The notes below the pieces were generated by a model, which saw only the letters and a program-made list of their open reading frames with translations, made no database searches and was not told where the DNA came from. Positions 42,093 to 54,600 of a stretch of 64,000 nucleotides of DNA are shown in pieces. This DNA comes from a candidate division FCPU426 bacterium (GTDB lineage Bacteria; Oederibacteriota; Muellerivitia; Muellerivitales; Muellerivitaceae), in assembly GCA_963796105.1 (NCBI GenBank), contig CAWCKJ010000006.1, positions 1-64,000 of the forward strand, in the 5' to 3' direction. The translations under genes and the position numbers were made by a program. Position 1 is the first letter of the stretch; the number at the start of each line of letters is the position of its first letter.

Positions 42093-44030
42093 ATGGATTT
42101 CACCCCTTCCCCTGAAAAAATTCTAGAACCCATACCCGATAAATTCGTCTCTCCCTGGCAATTCTGCTTATGGGCTTGTTTCCTTTTAATGATAGTTTTA
42201 GGACTGCGGCTGGTTAATGACACAGACCTGGGTTTCCATTTAAGGGCTGGTCAATGGATTTTGCAAAACCGCGCCTTTCCCTCCAGCGACGCTTTCACTT
42301 ATACAGTTTCGGACCATGAATACTTGGATATCCAATGGCTTTACCAGGTCCTTCTTTTTCTTCTTTATATGATTGGCGGTTATTCTTTCCTAGCCCCAGC
42401 CAATACCTTATTAATCGCCCTGGTTTTTTTCGTGATGTTCAAGCGTCTCCAGCTCTCAGGCGCGCCGCTTTGGATGTGTGCGCTTCTATTAACAGGTGCC
42501 TTGTTCGGATGCGAATTTCGCTTCAGGGTCCGACCCGAAATTTTCAGCTGGATTATTTTGGTATCCATGCTTTGGATTTTGGAACTGAGGGCTCGGCGGA
42601 TACGTGATTTACTTATCCTTCTTCCCGTCCTGCAACTCGCCTGGGCTAATCTGGAAGGTCTTTTTCCCATCGGATTAGGTTTATTGTGGCTCTATTGTCT
42701 TTCGGATTTTCTCAAACGGGGCGGGGATAGGAAACTTTGGGCTTACTCTGCCTTATCTTTGATGGCTTGCCTTATCAATCCGTATGGTATCCAAGGAATT
42801 TCTTTCCCTTTTGTACTTTTAAACAGGCTCAATGCTTCCAGTGTTTTCAAGGCGACTATCAAGGAATTCCAACCGCCCTGGCTGTTGAATAATACTTTTT
42901 GGTCAACTCCGACCCTTTACTTGTTTCTTTATAAATTATTTTGCATGGTTCTCATCGGCTTGATCTTGATTACCTTCCGTAAGAGGAAAATTCACGAAAT
43001 CCTTGTTGTGGCTTTTTTTTTATGGCTCTCTTTTACTGCTTTGCGAAATATTCCGTTTCTCTTTTTATCATCCCTCCCAATAGCGGCAGCCTCTTGGAAC
43101 GACTTGAGTGTGTTCTGGCGCCATCAGGCGAATAAACTGGCATTTTTGAATACCCCAATCGCTTTGGGTCTCGTTTTTTTTCTTTTAGTCATGGTCATGA
43201 GGGTAGTAAGCGGGGCTTTTTATGTTTCCGACAGGCGGACAGATCGTTTTGGTTTTGGATTGAACAAGGAAGAATTGCCTGTAAAGGCATGTGAATTCCT
43301 CAACAAAAATGATCTTCGGGGACGGATCCTGAATCACATGGACTCGGGGGGCTGGCTGGATTGGAGAGGCCCTCAAAAGACTTTTATCGACGCGCGCCTT
43401 GAAGTTATGGGTGATGATTTTTACACAGAATTCATAGAGTCATTGGCTCCCGGTGGGTTGCCGTATCTTTTAGCGAAATATCATCCGGACATTCTATTTT
43501 TCAGTTATATCCCGGCTACACAATGGTATTTGGAACTTCAAAAATTGTCAGATTGGAGGTTGGTTTATCTCGATGGACTTGCGGCCATCTATTTGAGGAA
43601 AGGATATAAAGATGAAGTGCCGGATTTGAACTATCAAATGTTATTGGAGGAAAACGGCGCTCTTATTTTAACAAGGAATATTCCTGAAATAATCCAAGCT
43701 TCTCCGCCCCCTTTTTGGAAACAAGCCTGGTCAGATATTGCTATTCCGACCGCCTATTCTACAAGTTTGATTCGAATGGGGATATTCAGCGCAAACAACA
43801 AACATCCAGAAATCGCGGAATCGTTTTTCCTGGAGGAAATTCAACGCACCCATGGACAATATTGGGATACATTTCTGCAATTGGGAAGCTTGTATTATAT
43901 GGCTGGATTTCGCGAGAAGGGTAAGACCTGCATTTTGAGGGTTCTCAAGGATCGACCGAACAATTCCCAAGCACGACAAATCTTAAATTCGATTTCAAGT
44001 TCCCAAGAGAGAACAAAAGGGAAAGGTTAA
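42093..44030 (+). CDS. Multi-pass membrane protein, GT-C-like, with a C-terminal TPR-like region
   Basis: After TM1 the loop reads DTDLGFHLRAGQWI...DAFTYT...WLYQ. RPEIFS, WANL, INPYG and EFQP follow, then a soluble GGWL.W...FIDAR domain and a helical C-terminus. Confidence 0.72.
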   Translation: MDFTPSPEKILEPIPDKFVSPWQFCLWACFLLMIVLGLRLVNDTDLGFHLRAGQWILQNRAFPSSDAFTYTVSDHEYLDIQWLYQVLLFLLYMIGGYSFLAPANTLLIALVFFVMFKRLQLSGAPLWMCALLLTGALFGCEFRFRVRPEIFSWIILVSMLWILELRARRIRDLLILLPVLQLAWANLEGLFPIGLGLLWLYCLSDFLKRGGDRKLWAYSALSLMACLINPYGIQGISFPFVLLNRLNASSVFKATIKEFQPPWLLNNTFWSTPTLYLFLYKLFCMVLIGLILITFRKRKIHEILVVAFFLWLSFTALRNIPFLFLSSLPIAAASWNDLSVFWRHQANKLAFLNTPIALGLVFFLLVMVMRVVSGAFYVSDRRTDRFGFGLNKEELPVKACEFLNKNDLRGRILNHMDSGGWLDWRGPQKTFIDARLEVMGDDFYTEFIESLAPGGLPYLLAKYHPDILFFSYIPATQWYLELQKLSDWRLVYLDGLAAIYLRKGYKDEVPDLNYQMLLEENGALILTRNIPEIIQASPPPFWKQAWSDIAIPTAYSTSLIRMGIFSANNKHPEIAESFFLEEIQRTHGQYWDTFLQLGSLYYMAGFREKGKTCILRVLKDRPNNSQARQILNSISSSQERTKGKG

Positions 44031-44061
44031 ATGCAAATCCCATCTTTAATTCTTTTTCCCA

Positions 44062-45075
44062 TCAGGTGAATTCAACGCTGGCAATCTCTGGTTTCATCCC
44101 TAGGTCCCCGATCATTTGGTGATCAGCATTTTCTCCCTGGCCGGGGGTAGTTAAATATCCGTTGGTAAAAATGGAGTTTGCGACAAAAAGGACTAGGGGT
44201 TGAAGTGACCGGAAGGTTACTTCGCGACCTCCAGCGGCTCTTAAATCCGCTTCGGGATGCACAAAACGAAAAAGACAAAGAACACGAAGCGCGTAGTAAG
44301 GGTCAACGCGGGGGAAGCTGTTGAACGGAGTTCCGGGTCTGGGATCCAGGAAATTAACGGGAACGGAGGATGCGGCTATTTCCCGAAGTGAAAAGCAAAG
44401 ATCCACGACGTCTTCCGGCCCTTCCCCCATCCCGATGATTCCTCCCGAACATACTTCCATGCCTGCTTCCCTGGCCAGTCGGGCCGTTTGGACTCGATCC
44501 TCATAAGTATGGGTTGTGACGACATTTTTAAAATGGTTTTTAGAGGTTTCCAAATTGTGATTAAAGCGGTCAACTCCAGCTTCGGCCAATCGTTTGGCTT
44601 TCTCTGGTGTTAGGATTCCCAAGGATGTACAGACTTTCACCCCGACTTCTTTTTTGATTCGCCGGGTTGCCTCGCAAATAATGTCTAAATCCCTATTGCT
44701 GGGCCCACGTGTCGCGGTCACCATACAATATTTCCAAGCTCCGGCGGCCTTGGCTTTGTGAGCTCCTAAAACAAGGGATTCCACATCCATGATGGGATAT
44801 TGGGAGGCTTCAGTTTGGTATTTGGAGGATTGGGAACAAAAACCGCAATCCTCTGAACAAGACCCTGACTTTGCGTTTTGCAAGACATGTAGCCTCACTC
44901 GATCTCCGTGAAAATGACGGCGAACCTGATATGCCGAATAAATGAGGGAAAGAGTTTCCTCCCGCGGGGATTTTAAAATCTCAATGCTTTCCTCACGAGT
45001 TGGGGGGATTTTCTGAATAGCTTTTCCAGCTAGATGTTGCCAAAGTGAAAATCCATCTTGCTTCAGGGTGTTCAT
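44062..45075 (-). CDS. bioB: Biotin synthase (radical SAM)
   Basis: CSEDCGFCSQS, FNHNLETS, CSGGIIGMGE, VPVNFL and ANSIF.NGYLTT. Confidence 0.97.
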   Translation of the reverse strand: MNTLKQDGFSLWQHLAGKAIQKIPPTREESIEILKSPREETLSLIYSAYQVRRHFHGDRVRLHVLQNAKSGSCSEDCGFCSQSSKYQTEASQYPIMDVESLVLGAHKAKAAGAWKYCMVTATRGPSNRDLDIICEATRRIKKEVGVKVCTSLGILTPEKAKRLAEAGVDRFNHNLETSKNHFKNVVTTHTYEDRVQTARLAREAGMEVCSGGIIGMGEGPEDVVDLCFSLREIAASSVPVNFLDPRPGTPFNSFPRVDPYYALRVLCLFRFVHPEADLRAAGGREVTFRSLQPLVLFVANSIFTNGYLTTPGQGENADHQMIGDLGMKPEIASVEFT

Positions 45076-45474
45076 GGATTTAATCCTATTGTTTTATTAT
45101 GAAGGGAAAACGCGCTGAAGTATAACAGCCTTAATCCTGAAATATTGAGCCCTTCTTTTTTTGTAACTACTCAGGTCTCTTTAACCAATCTGGAAAAAGG
45201 CCTCGTTGCACGCTTCCGTGCGGTTGGTGGAGTTGGTGAAAATTAGGGCATTTGGCAAAATTGCGCCAAAACCCTTATTTCATCCTCCTTTTTGTCTTTT
45301 GGTACCTGATGTAGTTACCATTTTTTTAGGAATTAAACCCAAGAGCTATTCGAATAGAGGTCATATTTAATGCTTTTTGTCAAAAAAAGATCCGAAAAAT
45401 TCAGAAAACTGACGTTTTTTAATATTAAATCCTGAAAATCGCTTTATTTTCAGCTAAATATTTAAAAATGGAAT

Positions 45475-45490
45475 TGGAACGTTTATTGCA
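45475..45490 (+). promoter_or_regulatory. Sigma54 (-24/-12) promoter candidate upstream of giant gene 4
   Basis: TGGAACGTTTATTGCA fits GG-N10-GC with TGG and TTGCA. It lies ~125 bp before ATG 45615 in a 540 bp AT-rich intergenic region. Confidence 0.45.
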
Positions 45491-45614
45491 TCTTTTTCAT
45501 GTAGTTTTACTAGTTGTTAGGAAGGGTCAAGGAAAATATGCCCGCAAGCCATTAACGGAAAGTGAATTTACTTAATAATTTTTCTTAGATGATATACATT
45601 TAAAAGCGGAAAAC

Positions 45615-48600
45615 ATGGAACTTTTTTACAATCGAAATTTAAAATCCCTTAGATTATCAAAACTCTTAGCAGGGTTTTTGGGACTATTGCTTTTTTCATT
45701 CATTTCTCCTTCACACTCTTTAGCGCAATGCACGCCCTCTTCCGCCCAAATATGTGTGGCTAGTGATGACTGGTCCCAGGTATATGTCGGGGGCGTTTAT
45801 CTTGGTCAAGTCGCTTACTGCAATTGGGATGGCACGGGAACTTGTCCTCCAGGATGTATAACCGTTCCCACGTCGCTTTTAACCGGTAGCCAAGTTTTTG
45901 TTTCCGTTTATACACAAAACACCGCTTGCAACAATATGTATTCATCCTGGGACTTGGATATCACATGTTCCAACGGACAACATTCCGAAATAACTAGCGG
46001 TACTAGCGGAGTCAAATTGGATTATGTGAGCGCCGGAAATCCGGCGACACCTCCTGCCACCAACTGGTACGCCACTAACTTCAGCACCAGCGGCTGGGGA
46101 AGTCCGGTGAATGTCAGTACCGCTTCCGGAGCTTGCTGCTGGGGGCAAGAAATTTTTAATCCTGTAACAGGCCAGCAAGTTCCGTTTACGGCTTCCACCA
46201 CTGATGGGGATTACAGCACCAGCAATTGCGGAGGCGCCCTTTTTGAAACTGTCGCCACAACGATCCCGCCTCCTTCCCCGACCGTGGGGCCAGCGACGTT
46301 GACGATTACTAAAAGCCTTGTGGCTGGGTCTGAAGTTGAAAGTGGCGGAGACATGTTCGTGACCTTCCAGGTTGTGGTTTGCAATACCGGGGGTCCCGTG
46401 ACGAGCGGTGGAGTAACACTAACCGACAACCAAGCCGGAACTGGAACGGCTTTCAGCATGATAGGCTGGATAGTGCCGGCGGTTTCCCCGGTTTCTATTG
46501 ATTACAACTCAAATGCAAGTTGGCCTGAACCCGCTTCCAGTGGGGGTAATGTTGCAAGATGGGGAGATTTCCCCGGGAACACTTGCGTGACCCTTTTGGC
46601 CAGCATGGTAGATTATTACTGGGCGGGAAACCAATGCCAAACTATCACCAATACTGCCAACATAGGTGATTCAGAACAATCAGTAACTTCAAATCCCCCT
46701 GTGACAGTGAATCGTCCTTGCTTCACGAATACACCAACCTATACATTTACGGCAACCTATACCCCGACTCCTACGTATACCCGAACATTTACCTATACGC
46801 CGACTTGGACCTACACTTCCACTCCGGCTGTTACAAACACCCCCACCCATACAAACACTTATACATATACTTACACTAATACTTATACCTATACCAATTC
46901 TCCCACACCCACATCTACTCCTACGAAAACCCCTACCCCTACCCCCACCCCTACGCCTACCAACACTCCGACCCCAACGCCAACACCCACGAGGACTCTT
47001 ACTCCTACCCCCACTAATACCCCAACGCCCAGCCCCACCCCGACACCCACGCCATCACCAACTCCAACCAGGACTCCGACCCCTACTCCAACGAATACCC
47101 CAACTCCCACGCCAACTGTTTCCCCTACTCCTACTCCAACTCGTACCAATACGCCTACGAATACACCCACTCCAACCCCGACGAACACCCCTACACCAAC
47201 CCCGACACCATCGCCAACACCGACTCCTACACGTACCCCGACCCCAACACCCACAACAACCCCTACGCCGACTCCCACTAACACACCTACTCCGACGCCA
47301 ACCGTAACCCCTACTCCCACACCAACTAGAACCCCTACACCCACCCCTACGCCTACCCCTAGCCCGACACCAACCAATACGCCTACACCCACACCCACCA
47401 CGACCCCAACACCGACCCCCACCAGGACCCCGACACCCACGCCCACCAACACTCCTACCCCAACCCCGACCACAACCCCAACTCCAACCCCTACCAATAC
47501 TCCCACTCCCACCCCGACTAGGACTCCGACACCCACACCCACAACCACTCCTACACCGACTCCCACTAACACTCCTACTCCCACCCCGACCGTAACCCCG
47601 ACACCCACGCCAACCAGGACACCCACTCCAACACCAACTAATACCCCAACTCCTACTCCCACGAACACTCCGACTCCTACCCCTACAACAACGCCAACAC
47701 CAACCCCTACCAGGACGCCGACTCCTACACCCACCAACACGCCTACTCCTACCCCGACCACAACCCCTACCCCAACCCCCACTAATACTCCCACACCGAC
47801 CCCCACAAGGACGCCGACTCCCACGCCGACCACCACTCCCACACCCACTCCGACCAATACCCCAACTCCGACACCCACTAACACGCCGACACCTACCCCG
47901 ACTAGAACCCCGACGAACACTCCTACTCCGACTCCCACCAATACACCCACGAATACGCCCACGCCCACACCCACAACCACCCCAACACCCACGCCCACGA
48001 GGACTCCAACCCCGACCCCTACCAATACCCCGACCCCCACCCCAACAACAACTCCTACTCCAACACCAACCAATACACCAACCCCAACTCCCACACGCAC
48101 TCCTACTCCAACACCGACAACCACACCTACCCCGACGCCCACTCCAACACCCACTATTACCCCAACGCCAACCAATACCCCAACTGGGACCCAGTCGCCC
48201 ACGAATACTCCTACCATCACCCCGACCAAAACCCCGACCCCGACTCCCACCAACACGCCGACGATTACGCCCACACCAACGCCTACCAATACCCCCACAA
48301 GGACGCCAACCCCTACCCCGACTCCAACCCCAACGACAACTCCCACGCCAACACCCACGAATACCCCGACGCCCACACCCACTAATACGCCCACGCCAAC
48401 TCCAACTACTACGCCAACTCCAACGCCGACCAATACCCCCACAAGGACGCCGACCCATACGCCAACCCCTACACCGACCCTGACACCTTCTCCGACACCC
48501 ACGAATACCCCAACCCCCACACCCACCAATACTCCAACGCCTACTCCAACCACCACCCCGACACCTACCCCCACAAGGACGCCGACTCCCACGCCCACGA

Positions 48601-51593
48601 ACACCCCGACTCCAACACCCACAACCACCCCTACCCCCACACCCACGAACACTCCCACTCCCACACCTACGAATACCCCGACACCCACTCCCACAACTAC
48701 CCCAACCCCTACACCAACTAGGACTCCAACTCCTACCCCGACCAATACGCCAACTCCCACCCCGACGATCACTCCGACCCCCACCAATACTCCAACACCT
48801 ACCATCACGCCCACGCCGACAAACACCCCTACAGGAACTCAGCCGCCCACGAATACGCCCACCATCACTCCGACCAAGACTCCGACACCTACTCCCACAC
48901 CCACCCCGACTGTGACTCCTACTCCCACCCCAACCAATACTCCGACTTCTACGCCTACCAACACCCCAACCCCCACACCTACGACGACTCCCACGCCGAC
49001 ACCCACCAATACCCCGACTAGGACCCCGACTCCCACACCAACTCCTACTCCCACGACCACTTCCACCCCCACACCGACTAATACGCCTACATCTACTCCT
49101 ACCAACACCCCGACTCCCACTCCGACACTGACGCCCTCGCCGACGCCTACCAATACACCCACGAATACTCCGACTTCCACGCCAACACCCACCCCAACAG
49201 TCACCCCAACCCCGACGAATACCTCAACCGGGACGACATCCCCCACGAACACCTTTACTGTTACTCCGACACTGACTCCTTCACCCACTCCTACCAATAC
49301 TCCTACGAATACGCCGACACCCACCCCAACCCCCACTCCAACCTCAACACCCTCCAATACCCCGACTTCTACACCTACAAACACCTCGACACCCACACCC
49401 ACCCATACCCCTACAACTACTCCCACCCCCACTTACACGCCTACTCCCACCCAGACTCCAACTCCCACATCAACCGACACTCCGACCGACACGCCTCCTT
49501 TCACCTATACAAACACCAATACCCCAACAAACACATCCTCCCCGACGGATACCTATACATCCACTCCCACTCCGACTAACACCCCTACCCCGACTCCAAC
49601 TAACACTTCCACAAACACCAACACTCCGACCGACACACCAACCAATACCCCGACCCCCACACCCACAAACACTCCCACCAATACCAATACCCCGACACCG
49701 ACTTTCACGGACACACCAACATCCACGCCAACGCCTACTCCTACCGCCACCCCGACTGATACACCTCCATTCACCTATACAAACACCAATACCCCTACCG
49801 ACACTTCCACGCCGACCAGTACCTACACACCCACGAACACACCAACCAATACCCCAACCCCGACATCAACCAATACACCCACCAATACGAATACACCGAC
49901 AGACACTTCCACGCCGACTAGTACCAATACACCCACGAATACGCCGACTAATACCCCCACTCCAACACCCACTAACACTCCCACCAACACCAATACCCCG
50001 ACAGATACCGCCACACCGACCAATACCAATACCGCTACCAATACCTATACAGCGACCAACACTCCGACCAACACCAATACGCCCACTAATACCCCCACCG
50101 CTACCAACACCTCTACTCCTACCAACACCTATACGGCCACCAATACCCCCACCAATACCAACACCCCGACTAACACCAATACTCCTACCAATACGCCTAC
50201 TCCTACTCCCACCAGGACGCCTACTAACACTTCCACTCCCACGAATACGCTTACAGCCACGAATACACCCACTAATACCAATACCCTGACACCTACCCCC
50301 ACGGCGACCTTCACTCCCACCCCCACGCCTGCCGCGGTATTGGCCTTGCAAAAACAGGAGTCAGAATCAACAGGTTCCTCGGGGGATATGGTGACCTATA
50401 CCTTGAATGTGAATGTCTCCAACGCCAACGCTCCCGGGGTAGTGGTGCAGGACCAACTGCCTCCCAACTGCACTTTCACGGCCTTCGGGGTCTCACCAGC
50501 AGGAACATCGGCCGTAACCACCGTTTCAGGCGGGGTGACCATGATGAACTGGACATTGCCCACCCTTATCCCTGGAAGCTACCAATTGACTTATACAGTC
50601 TCGATTAACAGCTTCACGCCCGCGGGACCCATTGTGAACTGCGCGGTCTTAAACTATCCGGGAATCTCACCATTGAGTTCCTGTGCCACATTAATGGTGA
50701 CAGGGAGCTACACGGTGAAGATCGGGGTATATAACGAGGCAGGGGAACTGGTAAAGACACTGTTGGTAACCCAATATTCCCAGCCCTTGGTGGACCTGCA
50801 GTTGAAGAACGGGGATCTGATTAATGGGCTGAATGATCCCATCCTGATATATGACCAGAATACCCAGATCACGGTGTGGAACGGGACAGACCAGAACGGG
50901 AACCCGGTGCCGAATGGTGATTATTACGTGAAAGTGGACAATGTCGATTCCTTCGGGGTGGATAAGAGCGTGGTATTGAACGTGGTGGTGAGCAGGTCGT
51001 TGGAGAAGGTGACGATCGACATCTACAACGAGGCTGGAGAGATCGTGGACACGCTCTACAGCGTGGTGGAGGACCCACAAGGGACGGTGATCACAGGGGT
51101 GAAGCTGTCAGGGACGGTTTTGGAGCCGGGATCACCGACGGATGGGAACCTGATCATTACGACCAATAACGGGGTGACGGCCACTTGGACGGGATATTCC
51201 TCAAGCGGGGCGGTGGTGCCGAACGGGAAATACTTCATCGAGGTGCACTCCACCGACGGAAAAGGCGGGGAGACGGTGATCGTGACATCGGTGATGGTGT
51301 TGAACAATCCGAAACAGACGGTACCGAAAGTCTGGGCCTATCCGAACCCCTTAACTTCCGGATTCAGCCAAGTGGAGTTCCAGGCCTCAAATCTTGGGAT
51401 CAACCTGACGGTGAGGATCTATGACCTGGCGGGCGAGCTGGTGACGGAGCTGAAAGGCGCGGGAGGAACGAGCCGGGTGACTTGGAATGCCGCGGGAATC
51501 TCAAGCGGGCTCTATATCGCCAAGGTGGAACAGAAGGATCTCACGGGAAAAATCATCGCCAAGCAGACACTAAAGATCCTGGCAGAACATTGA
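45615..51593 (+). CDS. Giant Thr/Pro-stalk secreted protein 4 (1992 aa): head paralogous to gene 3, tail paralogous to genes 1 and 2
   Basis: The head [24 protein letters not shown]... matches the 16488 ORF. The tail [16 protein letters not shown]...[11 protein letters not shown] matches the 4320 ORF. The stalk spans ~46720-50330. Confidence 0.92.
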   Translation: MELFYNRNLKSLRLSKLLAGFLGLLLFSFISPSHSLAQCTPSSAQICVASDDWSQVYVGGVYLGQVAYCNWDGTGTCPPGCITVPTSLLTGSQVFVSVYTQNTACNNMYSSWDLDITCSNGQHSEITSGTSGVKLDYVSAGNPATPPATNWYATNFSTSGWGSPVNVSTASGACCWGQEIFNPVTGQQVPFTASTTDGDYSTSNCGGALFETVATTIPPPSPTVGPATLTITKSLVAGSEVESGGDMFVTFQVVVCNTGGPVTSGGVTLTDNQAGTGTAFSMIGWIVPAVSPVSIDYNSNASWPEPASSGGNVARWGDFPGNTCVTLLASMVDYYWAGNQCQTITNTANIGDSEQSVTSNPPVTVNRPCFTNTPTYTFTATYTPTPTYTRTFTYTPTWTYTSTPAVTNTPTHTNTYTYTYTNTYTYTNSPTPTSTPTKTPTPTPTPTPTNTPTPTPTPTRTLTPTPTNTPTPSPTPTPTPSPTPTRTPTPTPTNTPTPTPTVSPTPTPTRTNTPTNTPTPTPTNTPTPTPTPSPTPTPTRTPTPTPTTTPTPTPTNTPTPTPTVTPTPTPTRTPTPTPTPTPSPTPTNTPTPTPTTTPTPTPTRTPTPTPTNTPTPTPTTTPTPTPTNTPTPTPTRTPTPTPTTTPTPTPTNTPTPTPTVTPTPTPTRTPTPTPTNTPTPTPTNTPTPTPTTTPTPTPTRTPTPTPTNTPTPTPTTTPTPTPTNTPTPTPTRTPTPTPTTTPTPTPTNTPTPTPTNTPTPTPTRTPTNTPTPTPTNTPTNTPTPTPTTTPTPTPTRTPTPTPTNTPTPTPTTTPTPTPTNTPTPTPTRTPTPTPTTTPTPTPTPTPTITPTPTNTPTGTQSPTNTPTITPTKTPTPTPTNTPTITPTPTPTNTPTRTPTPTPTPTPTTTPTPTPTNTPTPTPTNTPTPTPTTTPTPTPTNTPTRTPTHTPTPTPTLTPSPTPTNTPTPTPTNTPTPTPTTTPTPTPTRTPTPTPTNTPTPTPTTTPTPTPTNTPTPTPTNTPTPTPTTTPTPTPTRTPTPTPTNTPTPTPTITPTPTNTPTPTITPTPTNTPTGTQPPTNTPTITPTKTPTPTPTPTPTVTPTPTPTNTPTSTPTNTPTPTPTTTPTPTPTNTPTRTPTPTPTPTPTTTSTPTPTNTPTSTPTNTPTPTPTLTPSPTPTNTPTNTPTSTPTPTPTVTPTPTNTSTGTTSPTNTFTVTPTLTPSPTPTNTPTNTPTPTPTPTPTSTPSNTPTSTPTNTSTPTPTHTPTTTPTPTYTPTPTQTPTPTSTDTPTDTPPFTYTNTNTPTNTSSPTDTYTSTPTPTNTPTPTPTNTSTNTNTPTDTPTNTPTPTPTNTPTNTNTPTPTFTDTPTSTPTPTPTATPTDTPPFTYTNTNTPTDTSTPTSTYTPTNTPTNTPTPTSTNTPTNTNTPTDTSTPTSTNTPTNTPTNTPTPTPTNTPTNTNTPTDTATPTNTNTATNTYTATNTPTNTNTPTNTPTATNTSTPTNTYTATNTPTNTNTPTNTNTPTNTPTPTPTRTPTNTSTPTNTLTATNTPTNTNTLTPTPTATFTPTPTPAAVLALQKQESESTGSSGDMVTYTLNVNVSNANAPGVVVQDQLPPNCTFTAFGVSPAGTSAVTTVSGGVTMMNWTLPTLIPGSYQLTYTVSINSFTPAGPIVNCAVLNYPGISPLSSCATLMVTGSYTVKIGVYNEAGELVKTLLVTQYSQPLVDLQLKNGDLINGLNDPILIYDQNTQITVWNGTDQNGNPVPNGDYYVKVDNVDSFGVDKSVVLNVVVSRSLEKVTIDIYNEAGEIVDTLYSVVEDPQGTVITGVKLSGTVLEPGSPTDGNLIITTNNGVTATWTGYSSSGAVVPNGKYFIEVHSTDGKGGETVIVTSVMVLNNPKQTVPKVWAYPNPLTSGFSQVEFQASNLGINLTVRIYDLAGELVTELKGAGGTSRVTWNAAGISSGLYIAKVEQKDLTGKIIAKQTLKILAEH

Positions 51594-51653
51594 AAAAGAG
51601 AGGTCTAGGAAACTATAATTAAGTTTAGTTAAGATGAGAAATCAGGTGGGGTC

Positions 51654-54600
51654 TTGAATTGGAATGATAAAAAAACGTTATTAGTAAAAGATATTCCAAG
51701 CCTACTAAAAGATGACTTGTTTTATAACCCCGTGAATTACTGGAAAAGCGCTTTATTTACTTTCAATAAATTTCTACAAAAAATCCTTTTATATCTTCAT
51801 TACTTAGTAAAAACATTCTTTTTTTTAAATCTCCAAATAAAATCGTTTTTTGATATCCGCCAGGCTCATTCAGTATTCGTTGTTATGGCTTGGGCGGCTT
51901 TTTTATTAATTTTTTCAACTACTTCCATACAAGCAACCCCTTCTTCCCTTACTGTAGTAGGCAATAACGTTGAGGCGACCGGAGGTTGTGTCGTTCACTT
52001 AAAAGGTGTTGATGTGGATGGCCTTGAATTTTCCCCTACTGGTTACGGCCCCATTAGTGGTGGCGGGTTTGGCAACGGGGGAGATACCCTGCAATTGGCC
52101 CAAGAGGCTGTGACAGCCTGGAAAAGTACCATTATCCGCCTTCCTCTCGACCAGGATTTTTGGTTTGGCTGCTCCAACGGAAACGGGTCTCCCACGGCTT
52201 CGGCATACCAGGGGATCGTATCCTCCATCGTCAATTATTGTTCAGGCCAAAACGTATACGTGATTTTAGACCTGCACTGGTCGGGGACTTCCTCCACGGC
52301 CTCAGCTCCCTGCGGCAGCGGGTGGGGTGGAGCCACGGCCCAGCATCAAATGGCGGACCAAAACGCAGTCACTTTTTGGAGCTCAGTCGCGGCGGCTTAT
52401 GCGAATAATCCCGCTGTCCTTTTCGACCTTTACAATGAACCTTACGATTCCGGCAATGACAATCCGCCGCCTATCGTAGATACGACCGGTTATAACACAT
52501 GGCTCAGTGGCGGCACACTCAGCGGAGCATCCTTTTCTACGCCCGGAATGCAAAAGTTGTTAAATGCTGTGCGCTCAGCAGGCGCCAATAATGTTTGCTT
52601 ATTGGGGGGATTATATTGGTGTGCTAACTTAAACGGACTTCCAGCCGCCTCAGTGACTAATAGAGGTAATGGAATAATATTTTCTGCGCATTTTTACTCA
52701 AATAATGACGGCAACTCCCCGGTCAGCTGGAATGCGGAAATACCTAGCTCGCTTTTGGCGAGTTACCCTGTATTCGTCGGGGAATTTGGGCCTTCCAATA
52801 ACACTTGCAACTCTAATGATAGTACTTTTGATACCAATGCAGTCTCCTGGATAAACAATACCAGTGGAATTGTTGGCGCAACGGCTTGGTCTTTTTCCAC
52901 GCAATCCTGCCCCAACCTACTGACCGGTTGGGTCACCAGCAGTACATGGGGATCTGCGGTATCCACCTGGCTGGCCACCCCTTATGCCGCGTGCAGTTCG
53001 CCTGTCCCGACCCCGACGATTACCGCCACGCCTAAACCTCCCAGCATCACTTTCACCAAGACCACCGGCGGGCCGACCTCGGGTTACAGTACCGGCGGCC
53101 CCATCACGTTGAATTTTACTTTATGCAACGCTGCTGGTTCATCCGCTCCTGCACCAGCGACAGTGACCGACGTGACAACGAACTATGGTTGGATGAGTTT
53201 CGATGGTCCCAATTACAGTTCCTGGACAGTGACAGTGGGCGGAAATCCTATCACCATTAATCCGTTGAACCAAGGTTTTCCAACAACCTGGACGGTCAGC
53301 TCAATTCCCGGAGGGGCCTGTGTAACCATTCCCTTATACGTACAAAACAATGGTTTCGCTGCCAGCCAATCCTGCCAAGTCATGACTGATTATGGTTCGC
53401 TTTCATGGCAGGGTGGTGGGCCTGTCACAAGTAACACCATTTCGACGACCATGGTATGCCTGACAGCAACACCCACATACACTTTCAGCTATACCCCAAC
53501 CCACACCTTTACTTATACCCCCACTTTTACATATACAGCTCTAGTGAACACATCGACTTTTACAAGAACGGCTACTCCGACCGCCACTAATACCTTAACG
53601 AATACCCGGACGAATACTCCTACCGCTACAACTACCTTTACTTCAACCCCGACTAATTCTCCCACCCGTACATGGACACTGACATCGACTCCCACTCCCA
53701 CGGTTTCACAAACTCCCACTCCGACCCGTTCACCAACTCCTACGATAACAAATTCATTTACACCGACAACTACACCCACAAACACATTGACCTTGACTCC
53801 GACAAGGACATCAACATCCACAAATACCATTACTTCTACATCGACACCCACGAACACTTCAACTCGAACACCGACACCCTCAGCCACGCCGACCCTCACC
53901 AGGACTCTAACTCCTACACCCACCACTACCCTTACGTCCACTCTGACAGTAACCCCTACACCTACTCCAACTAGGACTCCGACTCCCACACCCACCAACA
54001 CTCCCACCCCGACGTCCACGAATACGCCCACTCCCACACCCACAACAACCCCAACCTCGACTCCTACCAGGACTCCGACCCCCACGACCACTAACACCCC
54101 AACTCCAACCACAACATCTACCCCTTCACCCACTAATACCCCCACCCCCACCCCGACTAGGACCCCAACCCCGACTCCAACAACCACTCCTACCCCGACA
54201 CCCACTAACACACCTACCCCCACCCCGACCGTGACACCTACTCCCACACCAACCAGAACCCCGACTCCAACACCAACCAATACCCCAACTCCCACCCCCA
54301 CGAACACCCCGACAACGACGCCAACATCGACCCCAACCAGGACTCCTACTCCCACGCCTACCAACACCCCGACTCCTACCTCGACGACAACTCCTACTCC
54401 AACCCCCACCAATACCCCCACACCAACCTCAACCAGAACGCCTACTCCCACGCCTACGAATACTCCGACATCTACACCCACAACTACCCCAACACCCACT
54501 CCGACTAATACCCCTACCAGAACACCAACTCCCACCCCGACCCCCACGCCCACTACGACTCCCACCCCCACTCCAACCATTACCCCAACACCCACGAATT

